A stretch of DNA of 64,000 nucleotides from Candidatus Methylomirabilia bacterium (lineage in GTDB: Bacteria; Methylomirabilota; Methylomirabilia; Rokubacteriales; CSP1-6), in NCBI GenBank assembly GCA_041497115.1, contig JBGQFW010000011.1, forward strand, positions 2,699-66,698, written 5' to 3'. A model generated the notes under the pieces. It ran no database searches and was not told the origin of the DNA. It saw nothing but the letters and a program-made list of their open reading frames with translations. The number at the start of each line of letters is the position of its first letter. The first letter of the stretch is position 1. A program made the position numbers and the translations under genes. Below, piece after piece: positions 8,624 through 16,748 of the stretch.

Positions 8624-9835
8624 TTACTTGTTGTAGCTGACGCGATAGATCGCGCCGGCGTAGTCGTCGGAGATCAGCATCGAGCCGTCCTTCATGTGCG
8701 CCGTGTAGACGGGGCGGCCCCAGATCTGGTCACCGTCCCGCCAGCCCTCGGCGAACGGCTCGTACTTCGCCACCTTGCCGCTGCCGTCGAGCGTGACCAT
8801 CATCACGCGATAGCCGACCTTCTCCTTGCGATTCCAGGAGCCGCGCTGGGCCAGGAACACGCGGTTCTTGTACTCGGGCGGGAACATCGAGCCCGTGTAG
8901 AACATGACCCCGTTGCCGGCGACGTGGGGGCCGGTCTTGAGAAGAGGCGCCACGTAGTCCTTGCACGACTTGCCCTTGCCGTGCACGGGGTCGAGCGTGT
9001 CGCCCCCGTGGCAGAACGGGAAGCCGAAGTGCATGTCCTTCTTCGGCGCCATGTCGAACTTGTCGCTCGGCGAGTCGTCGCCGAGCCAGTCACGCCCGTG
9101 GGTGGCGAAATAGAGCGTCTTGGTCACCGGGTGCCAGTCGAAGCCCACGCTGTTGCGCACGCCGTGCGCCCAGTACTCGAAGCCGGTGCCGTCGGTATTG
9201 ACGCGCGAGATGTTCGCGTGGGTGTCGGGCGGCATGCAGATGTTGCAGGGCGCGCCGATGTTGAAGTAGAGCTTGCCGTCGGGGCCGAACGCCAGGTGCT
9301 TCCAGCCGTGCGGCACGTCCTTGGGCAGCGTGTCGTACACGGTCACCATCTCGGGCGGGGCGTCGAGCTTGTCCTCGATCCCCTCCATCTTGCTGATGCG
9401 CGAGATCTCGGCGATGTAGAGCGTGCCGGCCTTGAAGGCCACGCCGTTGGGCAGGTTGAGCCCCTTGGCGATCGTCTTCACCTCGCGGCTTCCGCCCTTG
9501 TCCACGATGGCGTAGACGTTGCCGGCCACGCGGCTGGAGACGAACAGCGTGCCCTTGTCGCCCCACGTCATGTCGCGGGCGTTGTTGATGCCGGACGCCC
9601 ACAGGTCGACCTTGAACCCGGCCGGGACCTTGATCTTGTTGACGGGAATCTCGGCGGCCGGCGTGGGCGCGGGCGGCTGGGCGATGGGCGCCAGCATCGA
9701 GTCGGCCATCGACGGCGGCTGCCCCTGCTTCCAGGTGGGCGGCGGCGCCGGCTGCTGGGCCTGGGCCGGGACGAGCCACACGGCGACGGCGCCGAGCAGC
9801 AGCACACTGACCACGACAGCGAGGGTGCGGCGCAT
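8624..9835 (-). CDS. PQQ-dependent sugar dehydrogenase (sorbosone/glucose dehydrogenase beta-propeller family)
   Basis: Signal peptide, GLNLPNGVAF, FGPDGKLY, GAPCNIC, GVRNSVGFDW, HFGFPFC, GSWNR and LISDDYAGAIYR. SD AGGAGG. Confidence 0.88.
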   Translation of the reverse strand: MRRTLAVVVSVLLLGAVAVWLVPAQAQQPAPPPTWKQGQPPSMADSMLAPIAQPPAPTPAAEIPVNKIKVPAGFKVDLWASGINNARDMTWGDKGTLFVSSRVAGNVYAIVDKGGSREVKTIAKGLNLPNGVAFKAGTLYIAEISRISKMEGIEDKLDAPPEMVTVYDTLPKDVPHGWKHLAFGPDGKLYFNIGAPCNICMPPDTHANISRVNTDGTGFEYWAHGVRNSVGFDWHPVTKTLYFATHGRDWLGDDSPSDKFDMAPKKDMHFGFPFCHGGDTLDPVHGKGKSCKDYVAPLLKTGPHVAGNGVMFYTGSMFPPEYKNRVFLAQRGSWNRKEKVGYRVMMVTLDGSGKVAKYEPFAEGWRDGDQIWGRPVYTAHMKDGSMLISDDYAGAIYRVSYNK

Positions 9836-9920
9836 AGCGGACCTCCTACGTTGGAGGAGAGTCACTGGGATGGTTGGGAGCCCCTAGGTAACCCGGCGCC
9901 TCGCGCGTTGTCAATGGCCC

Positions 9921-9950
9921 TTGACGATCGTCGCCCGCCTGATCTACGAT
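9921..9950 (+). promoter_or_regulatory. Putative sigma70 promoter of the pqq operon
   Basis: TTGACG (9921-9926), 18-nt spacer, TACGAT (9945-9950). An oppositely oriented TTGACA lies at 9909-9914. Confidence 0.55.
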
Positions 9951-9981
9951 GACCGCCACGAACGACCTGGAGGTGACGGCC

Positions 9982-10080
9982 ATGGCATGGGAAGCTCCGG
10001 ATTTCGTGGAAGTGAAGATGGATGCCGAGATTAACTCCTACCAGGACGATTTCGGCGGCGAGCAGGACGACCGCTTCTAG
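9982..10080 (+). CDS. pqqA: Pyrroloquinoline quinone precursor peptide PqqA (32 aa)
   Basis: Hand translation MAWEAPDFVEVKMDAEINSYQDDFGGEQDDRF shows W-x-x-P and the E-x-x-x-Y core. SD GGAGGT. Lies directly upstream of pqqB and is absent from the ORF track. Confidence 0.92.
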   Translation: MAWEAPDFVEVKMDAEINSYQDDFGGEQDDRF

Positions 10081-10106
10081 CCGGTCGCTCGCCGAACGTC
10101 TGACCG

Positions 10107-10136
10107 CAGCCCTTCCGTCGTCGCGGAAGGGCTGTC
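10107..10136 (+). terminator. Stem-loop between pqqA and pqqB
   Basis: GCAGCCCTTCCG-tcgtcg-CGGAAGGGCTGT inverted repeat without a long U-tail. Confidence 0.6.
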
Positions 10137-10155
10137 GTGTCTCTAGAGGACGCCG

Positions 10156-11052
10156 ATGCGCATCCGCGTGCTGGGCTCGGCCGCCGGCGGCGGGTTCCCC
10201 CAGTGGAACTGCGGCTGCCCCAACTGTCGCGGTCTCCGCGAGGGGAGCCTGCGCGCGCGCGCGCGGAGCCAGGAGTGCGTCGCGGTCAGCGCCGACGGCG
10301 CCGCCTGGCTGCTGCTGAACTGCTCGCCCGAGATCCGCGCCCAGATCGAGGGCTTTCCCCCGCTCCACCCGCGCGGCCCGCGCGACTCGCCGATCGCCGC
10401 CATCGTGCTGACTAACGGCGATCTCGACCACTGCCTGGGGCTGCTCTCGCTGCGCGAGTCGCATCCGCTCGTCGTCTTCGCAACCGAGCCGGTCCGCCGC
10501 GGCTTCGTCGAGGACAACGTGCTCTACCGCACGCTCGAGCGCTTTCCCGGTCAGGTCACATGGCGCCCGCTCGAGATCGGCCGCGAGGAGAAGATCGCCG
10601 GCCTGCTCGTGGAGCCGGTGTCGGCGCCCGGCAAGCCGCCGATCCATCTCGAGCCGGCGCCGCCGGATCCGGCGCACAACATCGGCGTGCGCGTGCGCGA
10701 GCCGGCGACCGGGCGCACGCTCGTCTATCTCTCGGCGGTGGCGGCGGTGACCGACGAGATCCGCCGCGCGCTCGACGGCGCGGACGTCGTGTTCTTCGAC
10801 GGCACGTTCTGGTCGAGCGACGAGCTGCCCGGGCTGGGGCTGGGATCCAAGCGCGCCGAGGAGATGGCCCACCTGCCGGTCGGCGGCGCGACGGGCAGCC
10901 TCGCGCGGCTGGCCGGCGTGCGCGCCGGGCGGCGCGTGTACATCCACGTCAACAACACGAACCCGATGCTGCGCGAGGACTCGGCCGAGCACGCGGCGGT
11001 GGCCGCCGCCGGCTGGGAGATCGCCTGGGACGGAATGGAGGTGTCGCTATGA
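10156..11052 (+). CDS. pqqB: PQQ biosynthesis protein B
   Basis: VLGSAAGGGFPQWNCGCPNC, DLDHCLGLLSLRE, FDGTFW and IHVNNTNP motifs. Confidence 0.97.
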   Translation: MRIRVLGSAAGGGFPQWNCGCPNCRGLREGSLRARARSQECVAVSADGAAWLLLNCSPEIRAQIEGFPPLHPRGPRDSPIAAIVLTNGDLDHCLGLLSLRESHPLVVFATEPVRRGFVEDNVLYRTLERFPGQVTWRPLEIGREEKIAGLLVEPVSAPGKPPIHLEPAPPDPAHNIGVRVREPATGRTLVYLSAVAAVTDEIRRALDGADVVFFDGTFWSSDELPGLGLGSKRAEEMAHLPVGGATGSLARLAGVRAGRRVYIHVNNTNPMLREDSAEHAAVAAAGWEIAWDGMEVSL

Positions 11053-11786
11053 GCGCGGCCGAGGCGCGCCCGCCGCTGGGACGCGAGGAGTTCATCGAGT
11101 GGGTCCGCCGCGAGGGCGAGGCGCGCTACCACGACCACCACCGCTATCATCACCTCATGCACGACGGCACGCTCACGCGCGTGCAGCTGCAGCAGTGGGT
11201 GCTGAACCGCTACTACTACCAGACGCGCGTGCCCATCAAGGACGCGATCATCCTGTCGAAGTCCGAGGACCCGGCGTTCCGCCGCATGTGGATCAAGCGG
11301 ATCCGCGACCACGACGGCGAGGCGGCGGGCGAGGGCGGCCTCGAGCTCTGGCTGCGCCTGGCCGAAGGCGTGGGGCTCGACCGCGCGGAGGTCGCCTCCT
11401 GTCGCTCGGTGCTGCCGGGCGTACGCTTCGCCTGCGACGGCTACGTCGCCCTGGTGCGCGAGCGCACGCTGCTGGAGGCGGTCGCCTCCTCGCTGACCGA
11501 GTTCTTCTCGCCCGACCTCATGACGCGCCGGGTGCTGGCGTGGGAGAAGCACTACCCGTGGATCAGCAAGGACACGCTGGAGTACTTCCGCTCGCGGCCG
11601 CCGCTGGCGCGCCAGGACTCGATGCAGGCGATCGAGTACGTGATCGCCCACGCGACCACCTACGAACGGCAGGAGCGCTGCGTGGCCGCGCTGATCCGCA
11701 AGACCGAGATCCTCTGGCATCTGCTCGACAGCCTGTGGACCGCCTACGTCGAGCCGGGCTGGGGCCCCGGCGGCGCCCGCGCGTGA
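11049..11786 (+). CDS. pqqC: Pyrroloquinoline-quinone synthase PqqC
   Basis: RYHDHH, WVLNRYYYQTRVPIKDA, RIRDHDG, VASSLTEFF and HYPWI motifs. ATGA overlap with pqqB. Confidence 0.96.
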   Translation: MSAAEARPPLGREEFIEWVRREGEARYHDHHRYHHLMHDGTLTRVQLQQWVLNRYYYQTRVPIKDAIILSKSEDPAFRRMWIKRIRDHDGEAAGEGGLELWLRLAEGVGLDRAEVASCRSVLPGVRFACDGYVALVRERTLLEAVASSLTEFFSPDLMTRRVLAWEKHYPWISKDTLEYFRSRPPLARQDSMQAIEYVIAHATTYERQERCVAALIRKTEILWHLLDSLWTAYVEPGWGPGGARA

Positions 11787-12076
11787 GCGGCGCGATCTCG
11801 CCCGAGACGCGCCCGCGGCTGGCCGCCAAGGCGCGCGTGCGGTGGGACCGCAAGGGCGAGCGTCACATGCTGCTCTACCCGGAGCGCGGCCTCGTGCTCA
11901 ACGCCACCGCCGCCGACGTGGTGCGCCTGTGCACGGGCGACGTGACGGTGGCCGCCATCGTGGACCAGCTCGCCACCAAGTACGCCCCGCAGCCGCGCGA
12001 GGCGGTGGAGCGCGAGGTCGTGGGCTTCCTCACGCGGCTGGCCGAGCGCGGGCTGCTGGGGTCCGGCGATGAGTGA
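11783..12076 (+). CDS. pqqD: PQQ peptide chaperone PqqD
   Basis: RPRLAAKARVRWD...LLYPERGLVLNATAADVVRLCTG...EVVGFL. GTGA overlap with pqqC. Confidence 0.93.
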   Translation: MSGAISPETRPRLAAKARVRWDRKGERHMLLYPERGLVLNATAADVVRLCTGDVTVAAIVDQLATKYAPQPREAVEREVVGFLTRLAERGLLGSGDE

Positions 12077-13151
12077 CGAGCCCCGCCCCTACACGCTGGT
12101 GGCCGAGCTGACGTATCGCTGCCCGCTGCGGTGCGTCTACTGCTCCAACCCGATCGACTGGGCGCGCCACGGCGACGGGCTGGCCACCGGCGACTGGCTG
12201 CGCGTCTTCCGCGAGGCGGAGGACCTCGGCGTCGTCCAGCTCAACCTCACCGGCGGCGAGCCGCTGCTGCGCGACGACCTCGAGGCGCTCGTCGAGGGCG
12301 CGCGCGGCCTCGACCTCTATACCAACCTGATCACGAGCGGGATCCCGCTCACGCGCGAGCGGCTGGCCGGCCTCAAGGCGCGCGGCCTCGACAACGTGCA
12401 GGTCTCGATCCAGGACGTGACGGCGGCGGCCTCCGACCGCATCGCCGGCCTGAAATCCTTCGAGCGCAAGCTCGAGGTGGCGCGCTGGGTGAAGGAGCTG
12501 GGGCTGCCGCTCACGCTCAACACCGTGCTGCACCGCGAGAACCTCGCGCGCGTGGACGCGGTGATCGCGCTGGCCGAGACGCTGGCGGCGGACCGGCTCG
12601 AGCTGGCCAACACGCAGTACCTCGGCTGGGCGCTGCGCAACCGCGACGCGCTGCTACCGACGCGCGAGCAGCTGGACGGTGCGCGCGAGGTGGCGCGCGC
12701 GGCGAAGCGGCGGCTGCAGGGGCGGATGGAGGTGCTGTTCGTCACGCCGGACTACTACGGGGAGCTCCCCAAGTCGTGCATGGACGGCTGGGGGCGGCGC
12801 TTCATCGTCGTGGCCCCCGACGGGCTGGCCCTCCCCTGCCACGCCGCCCACACCATCGCCGGGCTGACGTTCGACAACGTGAAGGACCGGCCGCTCGCGG
12901 AGATCTGGGCTTCGTCAGCGGGGTTCGGCGCCTTCCGCGGCGAAGCGTGGATGCCCGAGCCGTGCCGCAGCTGCGAGCGGCGCACGGTGGACTTCGGCGG
13001 GTGCCGCTGCCAGGCGTTCCATCTGACGGGCAACGCGGCGGCGACCGATCCGGTCTGCCCGCTCTCGCCCGACCACGGCCTCGTGGAGCGTGCCCGTCGC
13101 GGCGCGCTGCCGCCGGCGGCGGCGCCGGCGTTCGACTACCGCGCGCGCTGA
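12069..13151 (+). CDS. pqqE: Radical SAM/SPASM peptide cyclase PqqE
   Basis: AELTYRCPLRCVYCSNP, ELANTQY, CMDGWG, LPCH and CRSC...DFGGCRCQAF motifs. Confidence 0.97.
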   Translation: MSDEPRPYTLVAELTYRCPLRCVYCSNPIDWARHGDGLATGDWLRVFREAEDLGVVQLNLTGGEPLLRDDLEALVEGARGLDLYTNLITSGIPLTRERLAGLKARGLDNVQVSIQDVTAAASDRIAGLKSFERKLEVARWVKELGLPLTLNTVLHRENLARVDAVIALAETLAADRLELANTQYLGWALRNRDALLPTREQLDGAREVARAAKRRLQGRMEVLFVTPDYYGELPKSCMDGWGRRFIVVAPDGLALPCHAAHTIAGLTFDNVKDRPLAEIWASSAGFGAFRGEAWMPEPCRSCERRTVDFGGCRCQAFHLTGNAAATDPVCPLSPDHGLVERARRGALPPAAAPAFDYRAR

Positions 13152-13711
13152 GCCCCCTCGCGGAGCGCCTGCAGCGCGCCGCCCCACGCGATCACCTGGT
13201 CGAGCATGGCGCCGACCGAGGCCTCGTGCCGCGGCCCCGGCTTGAAGACCGTGAAATTCTCCCAGTCAGTGAAGATCGAGAGCATGACCTGCGCGCGCAC
13301 GTCGGCCACCTGCAGCTCGCCCATCACCAGCCGCAGCTGCTCCACCGCGCGCGTCCCGCCGGCGCTGCCGTAGCCGACGAAGCCGGCCGCCTTGTTGTTC
13401 CACTCGCCGTAGAGGAAATCGATGGCATTCTTCAGCGCGCCCGACGTGCCGTGGTTGTACTCCGGCGTCACGAAGACGAAGGCGTCGAAGGACGCGATCT
13501 TCGCGGCCCACGCCTTCGTGTGAGGCTGGCTGTACTGTCCCGTCGCCGGCGGCGCCGGCTCGTCGAGGAGCGGGAGGTGGAAGGCCTCGATGTCCACGAC
13601 CTCGACGTCGGCGTCCGTGCGCGTCCTGGCGATCGCGTGGACCCAGCGGGCGACCGTGTCCGCCTTGCGCCCCGGGCGCGTGCTGCCGACGATGATCGCC
13701 AGCCGGATCAT
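13136..13711 (-). CDS. NADPH-dependent FMN reductase
   Basis: GSTRPGR, VTPEYNHG...LKNAIDFL and GYGSAGG motifs. Confidence 0.92.
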   Translation of the reverse strand: MIRLAIIVGSTRPGRKADTVARWVHAIARTRTDADVEVVDIEAFHLPLLDEPAPPATGQYSQPHTKAWAAKIASFDAFVFVTPEYNHGTSGALKNAIDFLYGEWNNKAAGFVGYGSAGGTRAVEQLRLVMGELQVADVRAQVMLSIFTDWENFTVFKPGPRHEASVGAMLDQVIAWGGALQALREGAQRAR

Positions 13712-13720
13712 GGTGTCGGG

Positions 13721-14740
13721 CTACGCCTTGCGGAAGCGGTGCACGCCGTCGGCGCCCACGACGCGCGCCGCGCGGCCGTCCGCCTCGACGAAGTGCAGGT
13801 GCGCCAGCGCCTCGCCCAGCGCGAAGCCGAGCTGGTGGCTGTCGAGCTCGCGGCGGAACAGGATGGGGACGATGTCGGCGGCGCTGCGCGGCTCGGTCAG
13901 CGCGTCGAGCGTCTCCGACAGCCGCGCCGCGTGGTGGGTGCGCAGCTCGGCCAGCCGCTCGGGCAGCCCGCGGAACGGCAGCCCGTGGGCCGGCAGCACC
14001 AGCGCGCCGGCGCCGAGGCCGCGGAAGCGGTCGAGCGAGTCGAGGTAGAGCCGCAGCGGGTTGCCCCGCGGCTGATCGGCCCACACGCTGATGTTGGTCG
14101 TGATGCGCGGCAGCACCTGGTCGCCGGAGATCAGCACGCCCGCCTCCTCGCACCAGAGCGCACTGTGCTCGGGCGAGTGGCCGCCGCCGACGATCACCCG
14201 GAAGCGGTGGCGCCCGACCTCCAGCGTGTCGCCCTCGCCGATCGCGCGGAACGCACTCGGCAGCGCCGGGACCAGCTTCGGATAGTGGTTGCCGCGCGTG
14301 CGCAGCGAGGCCAGCGCCGTCTCGTCGCAGCCGTTGCGCCGGTAGTGGCGCAGCCGCGGCTCGTTGTCGCGCGCCTCGCCCGTCCGCCACGCCACCTGCG
14401 CGATGAGGTACTCGGCCTGCGCGCACCAGAGGTCCACGCCCCAGCGCTCGGTGAGCCAGGCGGCGTTGCCCATGTGATCGGGATGGAAGTGCGTGACGAT
14501 CACCCGCGTGATCGGGCGCCCGTCGAGGTGGTCGGCGAAGATCCGCTCCCAGAGCGCGCGCACGTCGGGCAGCCCAACGCCGGTGTCCACGATGGCCCAG
14601 CCGTCACCGTCGTCCACGAGCCACAGGTTGATGTGATTCAGCTGGAACGGCAGCGGCATGCGCAGCCACTTCACCCCCGGCGCGACCTCGCGCACGGCGC
14701 CGCCGGCGGGCGCTTCACTCCACGGATGCTCGATCGCCAT
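13721..14740 (-). CDS. MBL-fold metallo-hydrolase
   Basis: THFHPDHMG, GHSPEH, SGDQVL and PAHG motifs. Confidence 0.9.
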   Translation of the reverse strand: MAIEHPWSEAPAGGAVREVAPGVKWLRMPLPFQLNHINLWLVDDGDGWAIVDTGVGLPDVRALWERIFADHLDGRPITRVIVTHFHPDHMGNAAWLTERWGVDLWCAQAEYLIAQVAWRTGEARDNEPRLRHYRRNGCDETALASLRTRGNHYPKLVPALPSAFRAIGEGDTLEVGRHRFRVIVGGGHSPEHSALWCEEAGVLISGDQVLPRITTNISVWADQPRGNPLRLYLDSLDRFRGLGAGALVLPAHGLPFRGLPERLAELRTHHAARLSETLDALTEPRSAADIVPILFRRELDSHQLGFALGEALAHLHFVEADGRAARVVGADGVHRFRKA

Positions 14741-14851
14741 GCGTCCTAGTGTAACCGCGGCGGCCAGGATGAAGGCCTTGCCGGCATCGCCACCGTCCTG
14801 CTAGGGTCGGCCGAGTCCCGCACACCGTACTGGATCTCCTGGAGATTCGTC

Positions 14852-15073
14852 ATGCCCAGATCCGTTCTTGTTCGCCGATCGGTGCTCAAAGCCTTGACGT
14901 ACCGCCTCGTGATCATGGTCCTGGACTTCGCCACGATCTACCTGTTCACCAGGACGCTACGGGTCGCGCTCGGCTTCATGATTGCCAGCAACCTCTACAC
15001 GACGCTGGCATACCTCGGGCATGAGCGTCTGTGGGCCCGAATCACGTGGGGACTTGGTGAGACCCGGGGCTGA
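14852..15073 (+). CDS. Small membrane protein, DUF2061-like
   Basis: RSVLKALTYR...YLGHERLWARITWG signature. Confidence 0.75.
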   Translation: MPRSVLVRRSVLKALTYRLVIMVLDFATIYLFTRTLRVALGFMIASNLYTTLAYLGHERLWARITWGLGETRG

Positions 15074-15448
15074 CTACGCGTCAGGCACCTTGGTCGACTG
15101 CCAGGCGGTCATCTGCCAGCGCTCGCCGTTGCGCGCGTAGACGGCCAGGTAGCGGATGGTGAAGCGCTGCTCCTTGCCGGCGTTCTCCACGTGCATCTCG
15201 GAGACGCCGTTGACGATCCCGACATCGCCGCGCACGCGCACCTTGCGCTCGCGCGGGGTTGCCCCGCGGTAGCTCGGCTTGCCGGCCTGCAGATTGGCGA
15301 CGTGCTCGCCCTTGGACTCGACCCGGGCGGTCGAATGCACGTAGACGAGGTCGTCGGCCAGCGCGGCGTTCAGCGCGGGCCAGTCCTGTTTCAGCATGGC
15401 TTGGAAGCGGCGGTCGTCGGCGGCCAGCACGTCGGTCTCGGCACTCAT
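15074..15448 (-). CDS. NTF2/SnoaL-like protein (DUF4440)
   Basis: LADDLVYVHST...W-x-M-x-x-W-Q-S-T pattern, 124 aa. Confidence 0.82.
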   Translation of the reverse strand: MSAETDVLAADDRRFQAMLKQDWPALNAALADDLVYVHSTARVESKGEHVANLQAGKPSYRGATPRERKVRVRGDVGIVNGVSEMHVENAGKEQRFTIRYLAVYARNGERWQMTAWQSTKVPDA

Positions 15449-15452
15449 GCGC

Positions 15453-16748
15453 TCACGCCCTTTCGGCGATCTGCCGGATCTTGCGGAAGGTCTCCACGCG
15501 ACGGCGGTTGCCCTCCGGCATCTTCCTGATGTCCTCGTCGGTGAGGGCCACCGTGTTGCCGTAGGCCTCCTGCACCGGGATCGCGTCGTCGGCCAGCGGC
15601 GCCATCACCCGCTTGCGCGCCATGGCGGCGGCCACGTACGGCGCGAGCTCCTCGCGCTTGCGCTTCTCGCGCTCGGCCTCGCGCGCGGTGAACTCCGGCA
15701 TGACCTCGGCGGCGAACAGCTCGAGCGACTCGCAGATGTGCTCGTGGCGGTTGCGGCCGCCCTGCTGGATGAAGATGGTCTGATCGACGCCGCAGTCCTG
15801 GTAGATCCGGAGCGTGCGGCGCAGGTCGTCGGGCGTGCCGATGCAGCCCACCCCGCCGCCCAGCACCTCGGTCCCCAGCTGGTCGCGCACCGCCAGGAAC
15901 GCGTTCCAGATGTTGGTGCGCCCCGGCGTGTGCTTGCCGAAGACGTAGTGATGGGCGAGCGCGAACTGGAAGAAGCGGAAGCCGTCGGCGCCGCGGCGCT
16001 GCGCCTCGGCCCCGTCGCGGTGGCAGGAGAAGCCGGTGACCATGGCGATGTTCGCGTTCACCGCGTGGCCGATCGGCACGCACTCGCGCTTGAAGGTCTC
16101 GTAGTAGTCGTCCACCCACTGCTTGGCCTCGGCGGGGTCGATGAAGGCGAAGGTCAGCGCGCCGATGCCGAGCTGGGCGGCCAGGTGGATCGTCTCGCGG
16201 TTCGAGCACGCCACCCAGATCGGCGGGTGGGGCTTCTGCACCGGCTTGGGCACCACGTTGCGGGTGGGCATCGAGAAGTACTGGCCCTTGAAACCCGGGT
16301 AGGGCTCCATGACCATCATGTTGGCGACCTGCTCGACGCTCTCGCGCCACATCGCCCGCCGCTCGGCCGGGTTGACGCCGTAGCCTTCCAGCTCTGCGCG
16401 CGAGGCGGACTCGCCGGTGCCCCACTCCACGCGGCCGTTGGAGACGAGGTCGAGCGTCGCGATGCGCTCGGCGACGCGGGCCGGCTGGTTGTAGCCGGGC
16501 GGCATCAGCACGATGCCGTGGCCCAGGCGGATGCGCCGGGTGCGCTGCGAGGCGGCGGCCAGGAACACCTCGGGGGCGGAGGAGTGCGAGTACTCCTCGA
16601 GGAAGTGGTGCTCGACCTCCCACGCGTAGTCCACGCCCAAGCGGTCGGCCAGCTCCACCTGGTCGAGCGCGTCCTGGAACAGCTTCTGCTCGGACCCCTC
16701 CGTCCACGGGCGCGGCAGCTGGTGCTCGTAGAAGATGCCGAACTTCAT
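15453..16748 (-). CDS. LLM class (luciferase-like) flavin-dependent monooxygenase
   Basis: MKFGIFYEHQ, EHHFLEEYSHSSAPE, RVAERIATLDLVSNGRVE and PKPVQKPHPP motifs. Confidence 0.92.
   Translation of the reverse strand: MKFGIFYEHQLPRPWTEGSEQKLFQDALDQVELADRLGVDYAWEVEHHFLEEYSHSSAPEVFLAAASQRTRRIRLGHGIVLMPPGYNQPARVAERIATLDLVSNGRVEWGTGESASRAELEGYGVNPAERRAMWRESVEQVANMMVMEPYPGFKGQYFSMPTRNVVPKPVQKPHPPIWVACSNRETIHLAAQLGIGALTFAFIDPAEAKQWVDDYYETFKRECVPIGHAVNANIAMVTGFSCHRDGAEAQRRGADGFRFFQFALAHHYVFGKHTPGRTNIWNAFLAVRDQLGTEVLGGGVGCIGTPDDLRRTLRIYQDCGVDQTIFIQQGGRNRHEHICESLELFAAEVMPEFTAREAEREKRKREELAPYVAAAMARKRVMAPLADDAIPVQEAYGNTVALTDEDIRKMPEGNRRRVETFRKIRQIAERA

Noticed and set aside
9982-13151. Alternative reading as mycofactocin or a novel RiPP cluster, given the acidic precursor and the MftD-like oxidase at 29323-30408
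   Set aside because: PqqB, C, D and E are all clearly present. The peptide has ExxxY and lacks the IDGMCGVY terminus. The oxidase is distant and generic.
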